Shown: positions 1 through 10,469 of the stretch, piece by piece
How the letters are laid out: every line of letters starts with the position of its first letter
Numbering within the stretch: the first letter of the stretch is position 1
Assembly (NCBI GenBank): GCA_963662285.2
Contig: CAXXMV010000006.1
Location: 736,001 to 800,000, forward strand
Length of the DNA: 64,000 nucleotides
DNA from: a bacterium
Lineage (GTDB): Bacteria > Hinthialibacterota > Hinthialibacteria > Hinthialibacterales > Hinthialibacteraceae
Direction: 5' to 3'
Made by a program: the position numbers and the translations under genes
The notes under the pieces: generated by a model
The model's database searches: none
Seen by the model: only the letters and a program-made list of their open reading frames with translations
Told to the model about the DNA's origin: nothing

Positions 1-251
1 ATTTCGGTGGAATGTACCACGATGAATTCTTTGTTCCCATCGTTATCGATATCGTCATAGGTAACTGCATATACCGGTCCCACATCAATTTCATTGACCA
101 GGTTGATATCAGAGGCATTACTGGTATTCACTGGAATCAAAAACAGTGAAAATAATATTACTGATGCACAAAATCGATTAATAAACTTTCCTTTGAAACA
201 TTCATCAGCATTTTTAATTACTATCCAACTGAATTGTCTCTGTACAATCAT
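1..251 (-). CDS. Partial (runs off left edge) secreted protein with FG-GAP/VCBS-like repeat
   Basis: Manual translation from ATG at 251 (GGGAG SD upstream): MIVQRQFSW...VILFSLFLIPVNTSNA...DDIDNDGNKEFIVV; DxDxDG motif after a hydrophobic segment. Confidence 0.6.
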   Translation of the reverse strand, partial: MIVQRQFSWIVIKNADECFKGKFINRFCASVILFSLFLIPVNTSNASDINLVNEIDVGPVYAVTYDDIDNDGNKEFIVVHSTE

Positions 252-553
252 AGCGGTTCTCCCTTATTGGTAGTTTGTTTACTGTGTCCGGAATTACCCA
301 TATAATCGGGGAAATAATACCCGTATTATTATTTATTGAGCGATTTTCTCACAATGATTCGAATCTAGTCAAGTTTTTTTTCGGGGGATGTTGCCGAAAA
401 GTAGTAATGTTATCCTCTTGAGTATAACTGAATTTAAAATTTTCATTTTCAATGTAGAGAATTTAACGTAGTTATTAGTAATTATCAGTTTTACCAAGTA
501 AGATATTTAATCCTATAGGTTTAGGAAATAATTTGATATTTTTCCATAATCCG

Positions 554-581
554 GGAACTTCATGATTATAAATAGCGTATA
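554..581 (+). promoter_or_regulatory. Putative ECF-sigma autoregulatory promoter
   Basis: GGAACT (554-559), 16 nt spacer, CGTATA (576-581) directly upstream of an ECF sigma gene. Confidence 0.55.
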
Positions 582-613
582 AGTTGGCGTACGGGCTAAT
601 CAAGGAGACGCTG

Positions 614-1156
614 GTGATCGAAGAGTGGGTCGAGCAATGTCGTAAAGGTCAGTCGCGGGCCTTTGCTCATGTGGTTCGGGAGATGCAGCAGAGAATCTAT
701 TGCTTCCTCTACCGCATGACGCAAAACCGTGAACAGGCCGAAGATCTGGCGCAGGAGACTTTTCTGCGCGCCTATCGTCAGTTGGCCAACTACGATTGCA
801 AGAAGGCCGCCTTCTCAACGTGGCTGTTTACGTTAGCCCGTAACTTGTGTCTCGATGAATTTCGGCGGCGCAAGCCCACTCAAACCACGTTGGAGGAGGC
901 GGTTAATCTTGAAGCCGCATCGGGTTTCACGCCGTTTTGCGCTGCTAATGACAACGAGGTAGAGCGACGAATAGCTCAAGCCGTGGATAGTCTGGATACG
1001 CCTTTCCGGGAAGTTTTCGTCTTGTATGAGTATGAAGACCTTCCCTTGGAGCAGATTTCAGTGGTTGTCGGCCGTCCGGTGGGCACGGTTAAATCCAGGC
1101 TGCACCGGGCGAGGCTTCAGCTTCAGGAAAAACTATCATCTGTGCTGTATGCGTAA
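614..1156 (+). CDS. ECF (sigma-70 group 4) RNA polymerase sigma factor
   Basis: AEDLAQETFLRAY, FSTWLFTLARNLCLD, GTVKSRLHRAR; likely GTG start at 614 after AAGGAG (ORF track starts 584). Confidence 0.95.
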   Translation: MIEEWVEQCRKGQSRAFAHVVREMQQRIYCFLYRMTQNREQAEDLAQETFLRAYRQLANYDCKKAAFSTWLFTLARNLCLDEFRRRKPTQTTLEEAVNLEAASGFTPFCAANDNEVERRIAQAVDSLDTPFREVFVLYEYEDLPLEQISVVVGRPVGTVKSRLHRARLQLQEKLSSVLYA

Positions 1157-1167
1157 GGAGAAGAGAA

Positions 1168-1779
1168 ATGAATACAGATTGCCGACGTTTCCAGGAATCA
1201 TATAGCGATGCTGATATGTCTGATGAATTGAAACGGCATGGGGAGTCATGCGAATCATGTCAGGAATTCGTTTTACGGCAAAATGCTTTGCAACAGATTC
1301 TACCAGGGTGGAAAACGCCTGAAATTTCTTCGGATTTTGCGCTTGACGTTATGTCGAGAATAGCCGAAGACGGAGAGCGCAGGCGTAGTCCACTCGAATT
1401 GTTGAAGGAGATGTTTAACTTACGTTTTTCCATCCCTTTACCAATCGGCGCGTTGGCCGGCATTCTGTTTCTAGTATCTGTTTTGATGAATGTTTTTTTC
1501 TGGGCTAGCAATGATTCAACCAGTAATTTTGATCCATCGCGTCTTGCGTCAAATCCTAATGCGCCCGCTGTAGATATTATTCCTACAATTATTCAGGGCG
1601 CCAATGTGATGCATACATCCGATTTTAATTCGGAATCGGTAAAAGGTTTTATGTCGGCCACGCAAGGTATGCCGGGGGCTGGTTTGTTTCTGCTTGTTCC
1701 AATTGTTGAACCGAACCTTCCAATGACAAGTATAGAGAAAACTAATAATCAAGAGACTGAAAACAAACAAGAAATCTAA
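1168..1779 (+). CDS. Membrane anti-sigma factor (zinc-binding HxxxCxxC)
   Basis: HGESCESC near N-terminus, single TM helix, adjacent to ECF sigma. Confidence 0.85.
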   Translation: MNTDCRRFQESYSDADMSDELKRHGESCESCQEFVLRQNALQQILPGWKTPEISSDFALDVMSRIAEDGERRRSPLELLKEMFNLRFSIPLPIGALAGILFLVSVLMNVFFWASNDSTSNFDPSRLASNPNAPAVDIIPTIIQGANVMHTSDFNSESVKGFMSATQGMPGAGLFLLVPIVEPNLPMTSIEKTNNQETENKQEI

Positions 1780-1782
1780 GAG

Positions 1783-3267
1783 GTGACGCCAATGAAGAAT
1801 ATGTCTGCCATAATACTTATGAAGAGAACCGCTGTAATATCCGCCTGTGTTATGTTTGCATTGTTCTGTTCGTTTAATGCGCAAGCCAAAACTAGTGATG
1901 CTGAACTGAAAGTCAAAGTTGACGCTTTTTATAAAGAGTGGAACCAGGCGGTAGAGGCCAAGAATATAGATGCAATAAAGGGTCTTCTGGAGGACGATTA
2001 TAAACTGATAGGTGGAATGGCTGGTAAAGACCATCAGGAAAAAGCGCTTGGACTGTTGTTCAAAGAATACGAGCAGCTAAGTTCCAGCGCTGTAATAAAC
2101 ACTATCAAGGCGACCTACGACGACGATGGTAGTGGCGAGAAGGTTCAGGTAATAGGCGACTATCATCTGAAAGCCAAGAAAAAAGGCGATGCAAACTGGA
2201 GCACCGTTGTTCATGATGGATTCTTCGAAATTCTTAAACCGAATGAAGATGGCGAATTTAAACTATTGGCCAGCGGGAATGTGAATCTGGAACGATTTAA
2301 GAATATTAAAGATAATGTATATACCGATCCGACTCTGGGCTACTCAATCGCCGGTCCGGAAGGTTGGTCTCTTTTACCTCTCGAAATGCCAACTATGCAG
2401 GGCGGAACTCTATTCATGATGCCCAACGGCCATACTCCGGGGATGTTCGGGTATGTTGAATTGCCATATCAAGTAACTGCAAAACAAGCCGTTGAAGGCG
2501 ATGGCGCGGTTATGAAGAAAGTAACCAAGAGTTACAAACTTCTTGAATCCGGTCCGGTTGAACGGAATGGCATGAAGGGATACGGCAGCCTCTCGCGTTT
2601 TGAGGTTAAAGAGAGCGACGAAGTTATGATGCGCCGACGGGTATATCTTTCCGGCGGTGGATTGCTATACGTTTTTCTTGTGACCGCCCCTGAACAACAT
2701 TGGGATGAAGTAAAGGGATCGCTTGATACAATTCTAGATTCTTTCAAACAGACGGATAAAGCCAAAAACAACGCAGCCTCTATTGTCCGGGAGAAAACCG
2801 CCAGCGGCGAAATCATGGGACGGATTTACAGCAACGATGAATACGGCTGCCAGATCGCTGCGCCCAAAGGTTGGGAACTAAAAGCAACCCCGCTGGGGGC
2901 ATTTAAGGTATCAATCAGCATTACGCCTCCAGATGGTAAGAGTCTGGTTCGCTTGCTGGGACTTGATATGAAAGTTCCTACAGACGTCAAAGACGTTTTC
3001 CAGCAGGAAATGAATGGCATCAAATCGATTACCGAGGATTTTAGCGTACAGGTCGAACCGGAAGAGATCGAAATTGCTGGAGTGACTGGCATGACTGGAA
3101 CCTTTACATTCTCTCTTGAGGGGCTGGGTACAATGACGAGAAAATCCGTGATGGTCACTCATGGCAGTCATCTGTTTATGATCCTGTGCGATGCCATTCC
3201 TCCTGAGAAATTTGCTGAGTTGGAAGCCAGTTTTGATTCAATCATAAAGTCTTTTACGGTTAATTAA
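1783..3267 (+). CDS. Secreted protein: NTF2/SnoaL-like domain plus two PsbP/DcrB-like repeats
   Basis: Signal peptide (AQA); internal repeat YTDPTLGYSIAGPEGW...ILDSFK / YSNDEYGCQIAAPKGW...IIKSFT. Confidence 0.6.
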   Translation: MTPMKNMSAIILMKRTAVISACVMFALFCSFNAQAKTSDAELKVKVDAFYKEWNQAVEAKNIDAIKGLLEDDYKLIGGMAGKDHQEKALGLLFKEYEQLSSSAVINTIKATYDDDGSGEKVQVIGDYHLKAKKKGDANWSTVVHDGFFEILKPNEDGEFKLLASGNVNLERFKNIKDNVYTDPTLGYSIAGPEGWSLLPLEMPTMQGGTLFMMPNGHTPGMFGYVELPYQVTAKQAVEGDGAVMKKVTKSYKLLESGPVERNGMKGYGSLSRFEVKESDEVMMRRRVYLSGGGLLYVFLVTAPEQHWDEVKGSLDTILDSFKQTDKAKNNAASIVREKTASGEIMGRIYSNDEYGCQIAAPKGWELKATPLGAFKVSISITPPDGKSLVRLLGLDMKVPTDVKDVFQQEMNGIKSITEDFSVQVEPEEIEIAGVTGMTGTFTFSLEGLGTMTRKSVMVTHGSHLFMILCDAIPPEKFAELEASFDSIIKSFTVN

Positions 3268-3295
3268 TTTGTAACAGCAGAGAAGAGAATGAAAC

Positions 3296-3320
3296 GGGGA
3301 GCATCGGCTTCTAGCCGGTG
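3296..3320. repeat. 25-bp palindromic REP-like repeat, identical copy at 61958-61982
   Basis: GGGGAGCATCGGCTTCTAGCCGGTG at both sites. Confidence 0.8.
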
Positions 3321-3338
3321 TATCAAAGAGGATAGAAT

Positions 3339-3390
3339 GATGGGCGCCAAGGGCAAGAGCGCATTGCGCTCAGCCCTTGATCAAGCCACC
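3339..3390 (-). repeat. Palindromic REP-like element; inverted, diverged copy of 12515-12587 and 33352-33424
   Basis: CAAGGGCAAGAGCGCATTGCGCTCAGCCCTTG vs CAAGGGCAAGACCGCATTGCGGTCAGCCCTTG (reverse complement of the other copies). Confidence 0.8.
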
Positions 3391-3456
3391 AACGATAGGG
3401 TGAAAATCCTTAACTTGATGACATTTAGTTAGAGGGGAGTGGCGCTTTAACGGATA

Positions 3457-3495
3457 CCCCCCCCCCTCCTAATCTCCTCCAGGCTTGGGGGAGGG
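3457..3495. repeat. CCCCTC...GGGGGAGGG family palindromic intergenic repeat
   Basis: CCCCCTCCTAATCTCCTCCAGGCTTGGGGGAGGG; relatives at 33460, 38565-38646, 62098, 62198. Confidence 0.7.
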
Positions 3496-3540
3496 ATATG
3501 CGGTTGACTCATTACCTTGATTTTTCATGAAGGAAGTGAA

Positions 3541-4449
3541 ATGAACAGCGCCATACAAATTGATAAAGTCACTAAAAGATTCCGCAATGCAGTGGCTTTA
3601 GATAATGTCAGTTTTGAAATACCTCAAGGTGAAATCTTTGGTCTTCTCGGTCCCAACGGGGCCGGGAAGACTACTTTGATGCGCATCCTGGTGGGAATCA
3701 TCGGCCCGGATGAAGGATGCATTCATCTGCCCGGCGAGTCCAATCGACGATTAAAAGAGCGGATCGGATACCTGCCGGAAGAACGCGGCTTGTATCAGAA
3801 AATGAGAGTCAGGCAGCTTTTGAAATATTTTGCTTCCATGAAAGGCATGTCGGGCGGAAACCTGAATCAACAGATCGAGGATGGATTGCGGCGGGTTGGA
3901 ATACCGGGGGAAGGGAAGCGGAAGGTTGAAGAATTATCCAAAGGCAATCAGCAGCGCGTCCAACTCTTATCTACATTATTGCATAAGCCAGATTTCCTGG
4001 TGTTGGATGAACCGTTTACCGGACTCGACCCAGTCGGCGTCGAGCAGATGAAGGACATCCTGGTCGAAGAGACCCAACGGGGCGCCACAGTCATAATATC
4101 CACCCATCGCATGAACGATGCTGAAGAACTGTGCGGCGCTATCGCTTTGATCGACCAGGGGTGCGTTATTCGATCCGGCGCACTGGATAAGATCAAGCGT
4201 GAAGAAGGACGCGATGAACTGGCGGTTGAATTTGAAGGGGATTCGCAGTGCTGTGCAGAAGTCCCTGGAATATCCCTGCTGGAATGCGAGAATCATTCGC
4301 TTAGGTTGCGAATTGAGGATGGCGCAACGGTTCCTGAGATAGTGAAAGATATTTCGAATCGCCTTGATGTATATAGCGTAGTCCGCATCGAACCGACCTT
4401 GCATGATATTTTCGTGCAACTGGTGGGCCGGAAGGAAGATCAAAAATGA
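3541..4449 (+). CDS. ABC transporter ATP-binding protein (NatA-like)
   Basis: Walker A GPNGAGKT, signature LSKGNQQ, Walker B LVLDEP; ATG at 3541. Confidence 0.95.
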   Translation: MNSAIQIDKVTKRFRNAVALDNVSFEIPQGEIFGLLGPNGAGKTTLMRILVGIIGPDEGCIHLPGESNRRLKERIGYLPEERGLYQKMRVRQLLKYFASMKGMSGGNLNQQIEDGLRRVGIPGEGKRKVEELSKGNQQRVQLLSTLLHKPDFLVLDEPFTGLDPVGVEQMKDILVEETQRGATVIISTHRMNDAEELCGAIALIDQGCVIRSGALDKIKREEGRDELAVEFEGDSQCCAEVPGISLLECENHSLRLRIEDGATVPEIVKDISNRLDVYSVVRIEPTLHDIFVQLVGRKEDQK

Positions 4450-5774
4450 AATTCAGTTTTCGTAAGGCGGGTCTGGTCGCCAAACAGGAAATCAGGGCGG
4501 TGGTATGGACCAAAGGCTTCCTTCTGGCGCTGTTTATTCCACTTATATTTCTGGTTATTATTACCAGTTTGCTTCCACTGGTCGAAAGTTTAATGGAGAA
4601 ATCTAAAAAGAATCTGACTCATCCGGTTCGCATTGGCGTGATCGGATCAGAAGCGGATGTGCTCGAAGCATGGCGGTCGAAATTAGAGCAGCGCAAGTTA
4701 TCCAATGGATTGCCGATGTTTGAGTTTAATCCTCTCTCCATAGCAGGCATACCCGAAGAAACAATTCTTGCATCGGCCAAGAAGAAAGTCCGGGAAAAGA
4801 AACTGGACGCTATTGCCTATTTTGAGGGAGATGTTACAGGCAAAGGATTTTGCGAATTTTATTCTATGCGGGGTTTTAATATTGAGTTGCCAAGTGAATT
4901 GAAAAGGGGACTTAGAGATTCCGTGCAGACCATGAGGCTTAAGAATGAAGGTTTTGATTCTGATAAGATTGCGGCGTTGAAGAAAAATGTCGAATGGCGT
5001 GAATATGAGGTCGCGGCGGAAGTGGTTGTAGGAAAAGAGGGAGAAAAAAAGCGTCAGGCCAGTTTTGAACGGCTTTTCGCTCCAGCTATTATCAGCGTTA
5101 TGATGATGTTCTTCCTGGTCTTTACCACCAGCCAAAGGATGCTGCGCGGCATTGTGGAAGAGAAGACCTCCCGCGTGGTTGAGATATTGCTCTCGTCTGT
5201 TTCGCCGACTGAACTGCTGACGGGCAAGGTATCGGGATTCTTTGTGATCGGCATCATTCAATTTATTGTTTGGGTGGGCTTTGGTTTAATTGTCGCACTC
5301 TATAAGGGATTTGCGATTACTGAATATGTCCCGGCGGCCTATTTCTTCCAGTTCCTCTTATTCCTTTGCACTGGTTACCTGTTCTACGCCGCCATCTTCG
5401 CAGCTATCGGCGCCATGGTGGGAGACGAGACCGAATCGCAGGGGCTTCAAGGGATCATAACCATGTTTATCGTCATCCCCATGATGTTTAACATCGTTAT
5501 TATTACCCAACCCAACTGGTGGGTGATCAGGTTGCTCAGTTACGCGCCCTGTTTCACTCCGGCGATAATGGCGATCCGCCTTATTGCTGCGCCTATTCCC
5601 TTATGGGAAATCTGCGCAATTGCAGCATCGTCGATATTCTTTTCCATACTGGCCACTATACTGGCGGCGCGTATTTTCCGTATAGGTATATTGTTGACCG
5701 GTAAACGTCCCACCCTGCGTGAACTGTGGCGCTGGTGTTTCTATCGCGATGTGAGCGGAGTTGTTGAAAGATAA
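4446..5774 (+). CDS. ABC-2 type permease (NatB/YhaP-like)
   Basis: EEKTSRVVEILLSSVSPTELLTGK motif, multiple TM helices, overlaps ATPase stop. Confidence 0.9.
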   Translation: MKFSFRKAGLVAKQEIRAVVWTKGFLLALFIPLIFLVIITSLLPLVESLMEKSKKNLTHPVRIGVIGSEADVLEAWRSKLEQRKLSNGLPMFEFNPLSIAGIPEETILASAKKKVREKKLDAIAYFEGDVTGKGFCEFYSMRGFNIELPSELKRGLRDSVQTMRLKNEGFDSDKIAALKKNVEWREYEVAAEVVVGKEGEKKRQASFERLFAPAIISVMMMFFLVFTTSQRMLRGIVEEKTSRVVEILLSSVSPTELLTGKVSGFFVIGIIQFIVWVGFGLIVALYKGFAITEYVPAAYFFQFLLFLCTGYLFYAAIFAAIGAMVGDETESQGLQGIITMFIVIPMMFNIVIITQPNWWVIRLLSYAPCFTPAIMAIRLIAAPIPLWEICAIAASSIFFSILATILAARIFRIGILLTGKRPTLRELWRWCFYRDVSGVVER

Positions 5775-5794
5775 AATCAAGATGAGGATAGATC

Positions 5795-6535
5795 ATGAAA
5801 ACTAGGACTGATCATACTTTTTTTACAACACGTTTGGCGTTAGTTGGATTCATTCTTCCGTTATTGACTATCGCGGCATTTGGACAGACTTTGCCCGAAT
5901 TTGATAAGAGCATTGTTTTAGAAACCGAAAACGGCATGATCTTATTTGGCGAGTTGGAAGCTTCTGAAGACGACTCGGCCATGATCAAGACGGTCTATGG
6001 CGATTTGACCATCCCGTTAAATAAAATTATCCGTATTGATGGCGACAATTTCGACGAGAAAAACGGCGTCACCCGTGAGCATTCGGTCGTTATTCGCAGC
6101 GATGGCAGTATTATTCTTGATTATATTCTGCCGATTTCCTCCCGGATTCAAAAAGAGAAATCAACCATTTTAACTATGGGGAGCGTGCTGCAAATCAACG
6201 ACCTGCACGGCAAGCCATTAGATTTTATGGCCAGAAAGATTGATGATTTTACCCGTTGCATTATCAATATGCCCGATTACCGTCTGCCAGCGGTGGCGGT
6301 GCGCGTCTTGCAGAAGGATGCAGCGCAGATTGAGCAAAACAGGTTGCGCTATACCTATAAATACACGCCGCGTATGAAACAGACCTTCCGCTTAAACATC
6401 ACCTTGCCGGAGGGCGCCTCCATCGTCGAAATCTCCCCCGAACCGCAAAGCCGCACCAGCGGCGCCGTATCATGGAACCAGAAATTACGCCGCCAACAAC
6501 AGGTTGAATATGTTATTACGCTTCAACTTAATTAG
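5795..6535 (+). CDS. Hypothetical secreted protein
   Basis: 246-aa ORF, GAGG SD, N-terminal hydrophobic signal. Confidence 0.65.
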   Translation: MKTRTDHTFFTTRLALVGFILPLLTIAAFGQTLPEFDKSIVLETENGMILFGELEASEDDSAMIKTVYGDLTIPLNKIIRIDGDNFDEKNGVTREHSVVIRSDGSIILDYILPISSRIQKEKSTILTMGSVLQINDLHGKPLDFMARKIDDFTRCIINMPDYRLPAVAVRVLQKDAAQIEQNRLRYTYKYTPRMKQTFRLNITLPEGASIVEISPEPQSRTSGAVSWNQKLRRQQQVEYVITLQLN

Positions 6536-7143
6536 GATTGATTTGCGAGGAAACTGTTTGAAAGAACTGTTGACAATGACGGGCTTTGGTTTGGACGGTT
6601 GTCGCATTTAACAGTTGCAGGATTTTTGATGCATGTTTGATCTTGTGGTATTTGCCCTTTTTAGGAATTTTGAGAGGCTTTTTCGAGAGATTTCTTTAAT
6701 TCGCTTTTATCGATTTGTTCGACATTATTATTCTTGGGGATAGCCGATTCCTGGAAGCCTTGCCCGTAGAATTGTTTGAGCGCATCAATATCAGCGATCA
6801 ACCAGGATTCCATGGTTTGAACCATCAGGCGGTAATGTTCTTCGCTTAATCCAAGCGACCAACCATCCCGTTTGTTTAGATGTTCCATTGGCGTAGCGTC
6901 GACTGGTTCTTCCGAGTCAACCAGCAGTAGGTTGAATGCATCCGGGTGGCTGTTGCAGGCATTATGAAAATCCCGGTGCGCCGCGTCGCGTTTGCCGCAC
7001 ATAGTAATGTTCCATTTGATTTTCCTGGTTCTTGCTTTATCTATGAGAGGTTTAAAGAAATTACTGAAACCTTGCCGTAGCATGGTTTTTTGATTTTTAA
7101 GATCACCCCCGCCTTCGATGTATATGCGAATTTCTTTTACCAA
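6528..7143 (-). pseudogene. DUF4276-family protein, frameshifted near 6664
   Basis: IYIEGGG, LLVDSE, MVQTMESWLIAD motifs; stop at 6661-6663 while KGKYHKIKHASKILQLL...HCQQFF continues in the +1 frame to 6528. Confidence 0.75.
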
Positions 7144-8378
7144 CGGTTGCCACCTATCTCCCCCATGCGCCATAGGTGTCCGAGATCATAATCATCAAGC
7201 CATTTCTGAAGCGCTTCTTTTTCTAAACGCTTAAACCTGGTTCCTTCATCGTCTTTCTCACATACCATCACGTTTTCCGGCGTATCCGTGAAAGACGATA
7301 CCAATGCATCGGAATGGGTGGTTACGATCAGTTGAGTTCTCTGTGAAGCCTCGATCAGTAGTTCCGAAATATTTGAAATGATATCTGGATGTAACCCCAG
7401 TTCGGGTTCTTCGATGCATATCAGAGGCGGAGGCGATGGATGGATCAGGATCGACAATAAGCAGAGATAGCGCAAAGTTCCATCCGAAAGTCGCGTGGCA
7501 GGAATAGGCTTTTTTAAGCCTCGTTCATGAAAATAAATCTGGACGGTTCCACCATGAATCTTTACGGTGATATCAGTGATCTCTTCATAGAATTTCTTTA
7601 ACTCATGCAGCAGTTTTTGCTTTGATTCGGGTTGGTGCTGCAAATCATTTATAATAAGCGCAATATTACTGGCATCCTCTTCAAGAAAATCTTCAGGTAA
7701 ATCCGCAGGTTGAGGTCTTCTTGTGGGAGTGTTCCGCCCCATACTCCATTCTTTGAAAATCTTGATACTATTAAAATTATCGCTTAGATATGTGATTTCT
7801 GGATATTGTACTGGGTCTTTTATTTGAGATAGAACTGTTTTGTTTGTGTCTAATTCGATATCTAATAAATAATAGCCTGGTCCCTTGAAATATTCTCCTA
7901 AGAGTGGAGGGGAATAAGAATCAGAACGCGAAGTCATTGAGTTGATATAAGGAAAACCAGCTTTGTATAAAAAATATGTAAGTGGTTCTTTTTTACTAAT
8001 ATTGGATAATAGTTCGTCTTTTACAGATTCATCTTCAAGCATAATCCGTTGATTCAATTCGGAGAAATCCAGTTTATATTGAAGCGGTATTTCCTCATTT
8101 TCAGGATAATTAATCGTAGCATCAATTTGCGCAATCTCTGATTTAGGCGAACCTTTCCAGAGCCATTCCATTATTCCTCCGCCTTCACGGATGGGGACGG
8201 TGATATCAGTTGGCGCGGCTTGCAGCAGGCTGATGGCTTCGATCAGGTTTGATTTGCCGGAGGCGTTTGGCCCGATAATAACGTTGAGCGGTTTGAGATC
8301 GATAACGCCGCTGTCTTTCCCGAAGGAGAGCAGGTTTTTGAATTGAATAGTGTTGATGAAGCGGACGTCGTCTTGCAT
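7137..8378 (-). CDS. AAA_21/SMC-like ABC-family ATPase
   Basis: GPNASGKSN, LSDGTLR, IEEPELGLHP, IVTTHS, C-terminal LWRMGEIGGNRW; overlaps start of DUF4276 gene. Confidence 0.9.
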   Translation of the reverse strand: MQDDVRFINTIQFKNLLSFGKDSGVIDLKPLNVIIGPNASGKSNLIEAISLLQAAPTDITVPIREGGGIMEWLWKGSPKSEIAQIDATINYPENEEIPLQYKLDFSELNQRIMLEDESVKDELLSNISKKEPLTYFLYKAGFPYINSMTSRSDSYSPPLLGEYFKGPGYYLLDIELDTNKTVLSQIKDPVQYPEITYLSDNFNSIKIFKEWSMGRNTPTRRPQPADLPEDFLEEDASNIALIINDLQHQPESKQKLLHELKKFYEEITDITVKIHGGTVQIYFHERGLKKPIPATRLSDGTLRYLCLLSILIHPSPPPLICIEEPELGLHPDIISNISELLIEASQRTQLIVTTHSDALVSSFTDTPENVMVCEKDDEGTRFKRLEKEALQKWLDDYDLGHLWRMGEIGGNRW

Positions 8379-8505
8379 GAATATCTCCATGCTCAATATC
8401 ATGAATATTTATAATATAAATTATCATAAATAAAAATTCATACTAGAGTCATTCCATCCCGTTACGGTGGATTAGGATTGAACGCAAGAATTGAAATCCA
8501 GCGTA

Positions 8506-8976
8506 TCAGGTGGCGCTTTCGTCGCCCATAAAGCGGTTAGCGCCAAAGGTGCGGTTGCGGATATCGTAAACTGTGTCGATGAAATTCTGTTTAGCGCTTT
8601 GAGCGCCGGGGCTGCATAGCACCCGCCTCATTTCATTAGCCGCCATCTCGTCAAATACTTGTTGTGAGAAAATGAACTCGGTTGGTTCATTCATCTGGTG
8701 ACGCTTGACCATCCAGGCGAAGGTTCCCTCTGATGTTGGATCAAGGTCGAGAGATTTCATTTCGTCTAGAAAATTGTTGTATTTTTTCCAACGGTTGTAT
8801 TTATAGGCCGCGAAAAAGGTGATAAAAATAAATATGGTCAATCCGGATAGCCAATAAATTAGTGTGGCTGGATCATAAGATTTTGGATTATAAAAGAGAT
8901 TTGGCGACAAAGCGTTTTCAGCAAGCAATCGTGGAAAAGAGAATATTAATTCCTGTCCAACATTTAAGATATCCAT
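8506..8976 (-). CDS. Hypothetical single-pass membrane protein
   Basis: 156-aa ORF with one TM segment. Confidence 0.6.
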   Translation of the reverse strand: MDILNVGQELIFSFPRLLAENALSPNLFYNPKSYDPATLIYWLSGLTIFIFITFFAAYKYNRWKKYNNFLDEMKSLDLDPTSEGTFAWMVKRHQMNEPTEFIFSQQVFDEMAANEMRRVLCSPGAQSAKQNFIDTVYDIRNRTFGANRFMGDESAT

Positions 8977-9134
8977 GGCAACTCAACCTAATCAACAAGA
9001 AATTGGCGCCTATTTATGAACTTATATATAAACAGGCGCAATCATATAATATTACATATAATAACAGTATATTGCCTTTATGTCCATACTATTCAGGTAT
9101 TTTATTGATGAGATTTTTTTAGTTGGACTTGATT

Positions 9135-10298
9135 TTATCTTAAATCATCCCAAACGGGGATTTTTAATGTCATTATGTCATAATTGCCGAATTTGCCGGA
9201 TGCGAACAGAATCCTGCCGCCATTGGGGCTGATCGATTGATGAGCGTGTACTTTATCATTGGGGCGGTTTCCCTGACAGAGCAGGCGTGTTTCTCCAGTT
9301 GCGATATCGACCAGAATCAGCTCGCCTTTGAAGGTATCCACCACGCCATAGCGCTGATCTGGCGTTCCCGCGACATGCCAGTTGGGGCCTTCATAATGCA
9401 TCATGGGCGTGCGGTCGGGGTAGCGCACCGATGCGATGCCGAACGGTTTATCGCCCATCTTCTTGTTCTCTTGGGAAAGATTAAAGAGAACGCGATCCAT
9501 GCCCCACCAGACTTCATGCGTGACCCATTCATCTTTGCTTTCCAGATAAAGCGGCTGATTGCCTGAGCCGTCAGAACGGCACACCCATATCCGGTAGGGA
9601 GCGTCGCCTCCGGTTTCATGACAGTACATAATTAATCCGGGGATAACCGGATTGGCCTGGATATGTCCGGGCATGAAGGAGGGCTTTAGAAAACGGGTCC
9701 ACTCTCCAGATTCAAGGTTGAACTTGACCAGCATATATTCATCAGTGTTTTTATCGCGTATGCATTGATATAACCACTGGCCGTCCGCATCCAGGGTATG
9801 TTTGTCACGTAGTTCGAAATGCTCCGGCAATACTCCACAGATTGTTTCATAAGCAGATGCAGTCTTGAGGCTATCCTGAGCGCTGTCTGCAAGAATCCGT
9901 CCGGCATCGATTCGTTTGACCTTGCTGTCTTGAATGATAATCAGGTGATTCCTGCGCCGATCCAGGCAGGCGAAACTGATTGGCGATCCATCAGTCAGTT
10001 GGGTGATGACGCCGCTCGCTTCATTGACCGCGAAGAGTTGCGTTTCGCCGGAGCGGTCAGAGTTGAAGATAATATGCTCACCATCCGCTAACCAGTTGGG
10101 GTGGGTTTGATAGAGTTTATCGTCTTTGCTTTTCGAGGTGGTCAGAGCGGTGATTTGCAGTCCGCTTTTCTCATCGGTAAAGGTCTTCTTCTCGCTGGGA
10201 AACTGTTTACCCACATTCGAGGCTGATGCATGCATCGCGGCGCTAACAACTAGAGCAATTATTAAAGATGAAAAAACTATTTGCTTGAAAAGAGGCAT
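9135..10298 (-). CDS. Oligogalacturonate lyase-family (TolB-like beta-propeller) secreted protein
   Basis: Signal peptide; LYQTHPNW, HIQANP, YCHETGG, WVTHEVW, HAHQSISPNG. Confidence 0.75.
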   Translation of the reverse strand: MPLFKQIVFSSLIIALVVSAAMHASASNVGKQFPSEKKTFTDEKSGLQITALTTSKSKDDKLYQTHPNWLADGEHIIFNSDRSGETQLFAVNEASGVITQLTDGSPISFACLDRRRNHLIIIQDSKVKRIDAGRILADSAQDSLKTASAYETICGVLPEHFELRDKHTLDADGQWLYQCIRDKNTDEYMLVKFNLESGEWTRFLKPSFMPGHIQANPVIPGLIMYCHETGGDAPYRIWVCRSDGSGNQPLYLESKDEWVTHEVWWGMDRVLFNLSQENKKMGDKPFGIASVRYPDRTPMMHYEGPNWHVAGTPDQRYGVVDTFKGELILVDIATGETRLLCQGNRPNDKVHAHQSISPNGGRILFASGKFGNYDIMTLKIPVWDDLR

Positions 10299-10469
10299 GG
10301 GATTCTCCTGGATAGTAAAGGTTAATCAAATATTATCAAAATAATCTAAATTTCGCTATATGTCCGGGTAATCATGTAAGACGATAATAATCTTTAACTC
10401 AACCTAGGAAAGATGCTTCAGTTTTGCTATAAATGATGCAAATAAAATCCTGCGAAGGAGATATATATA

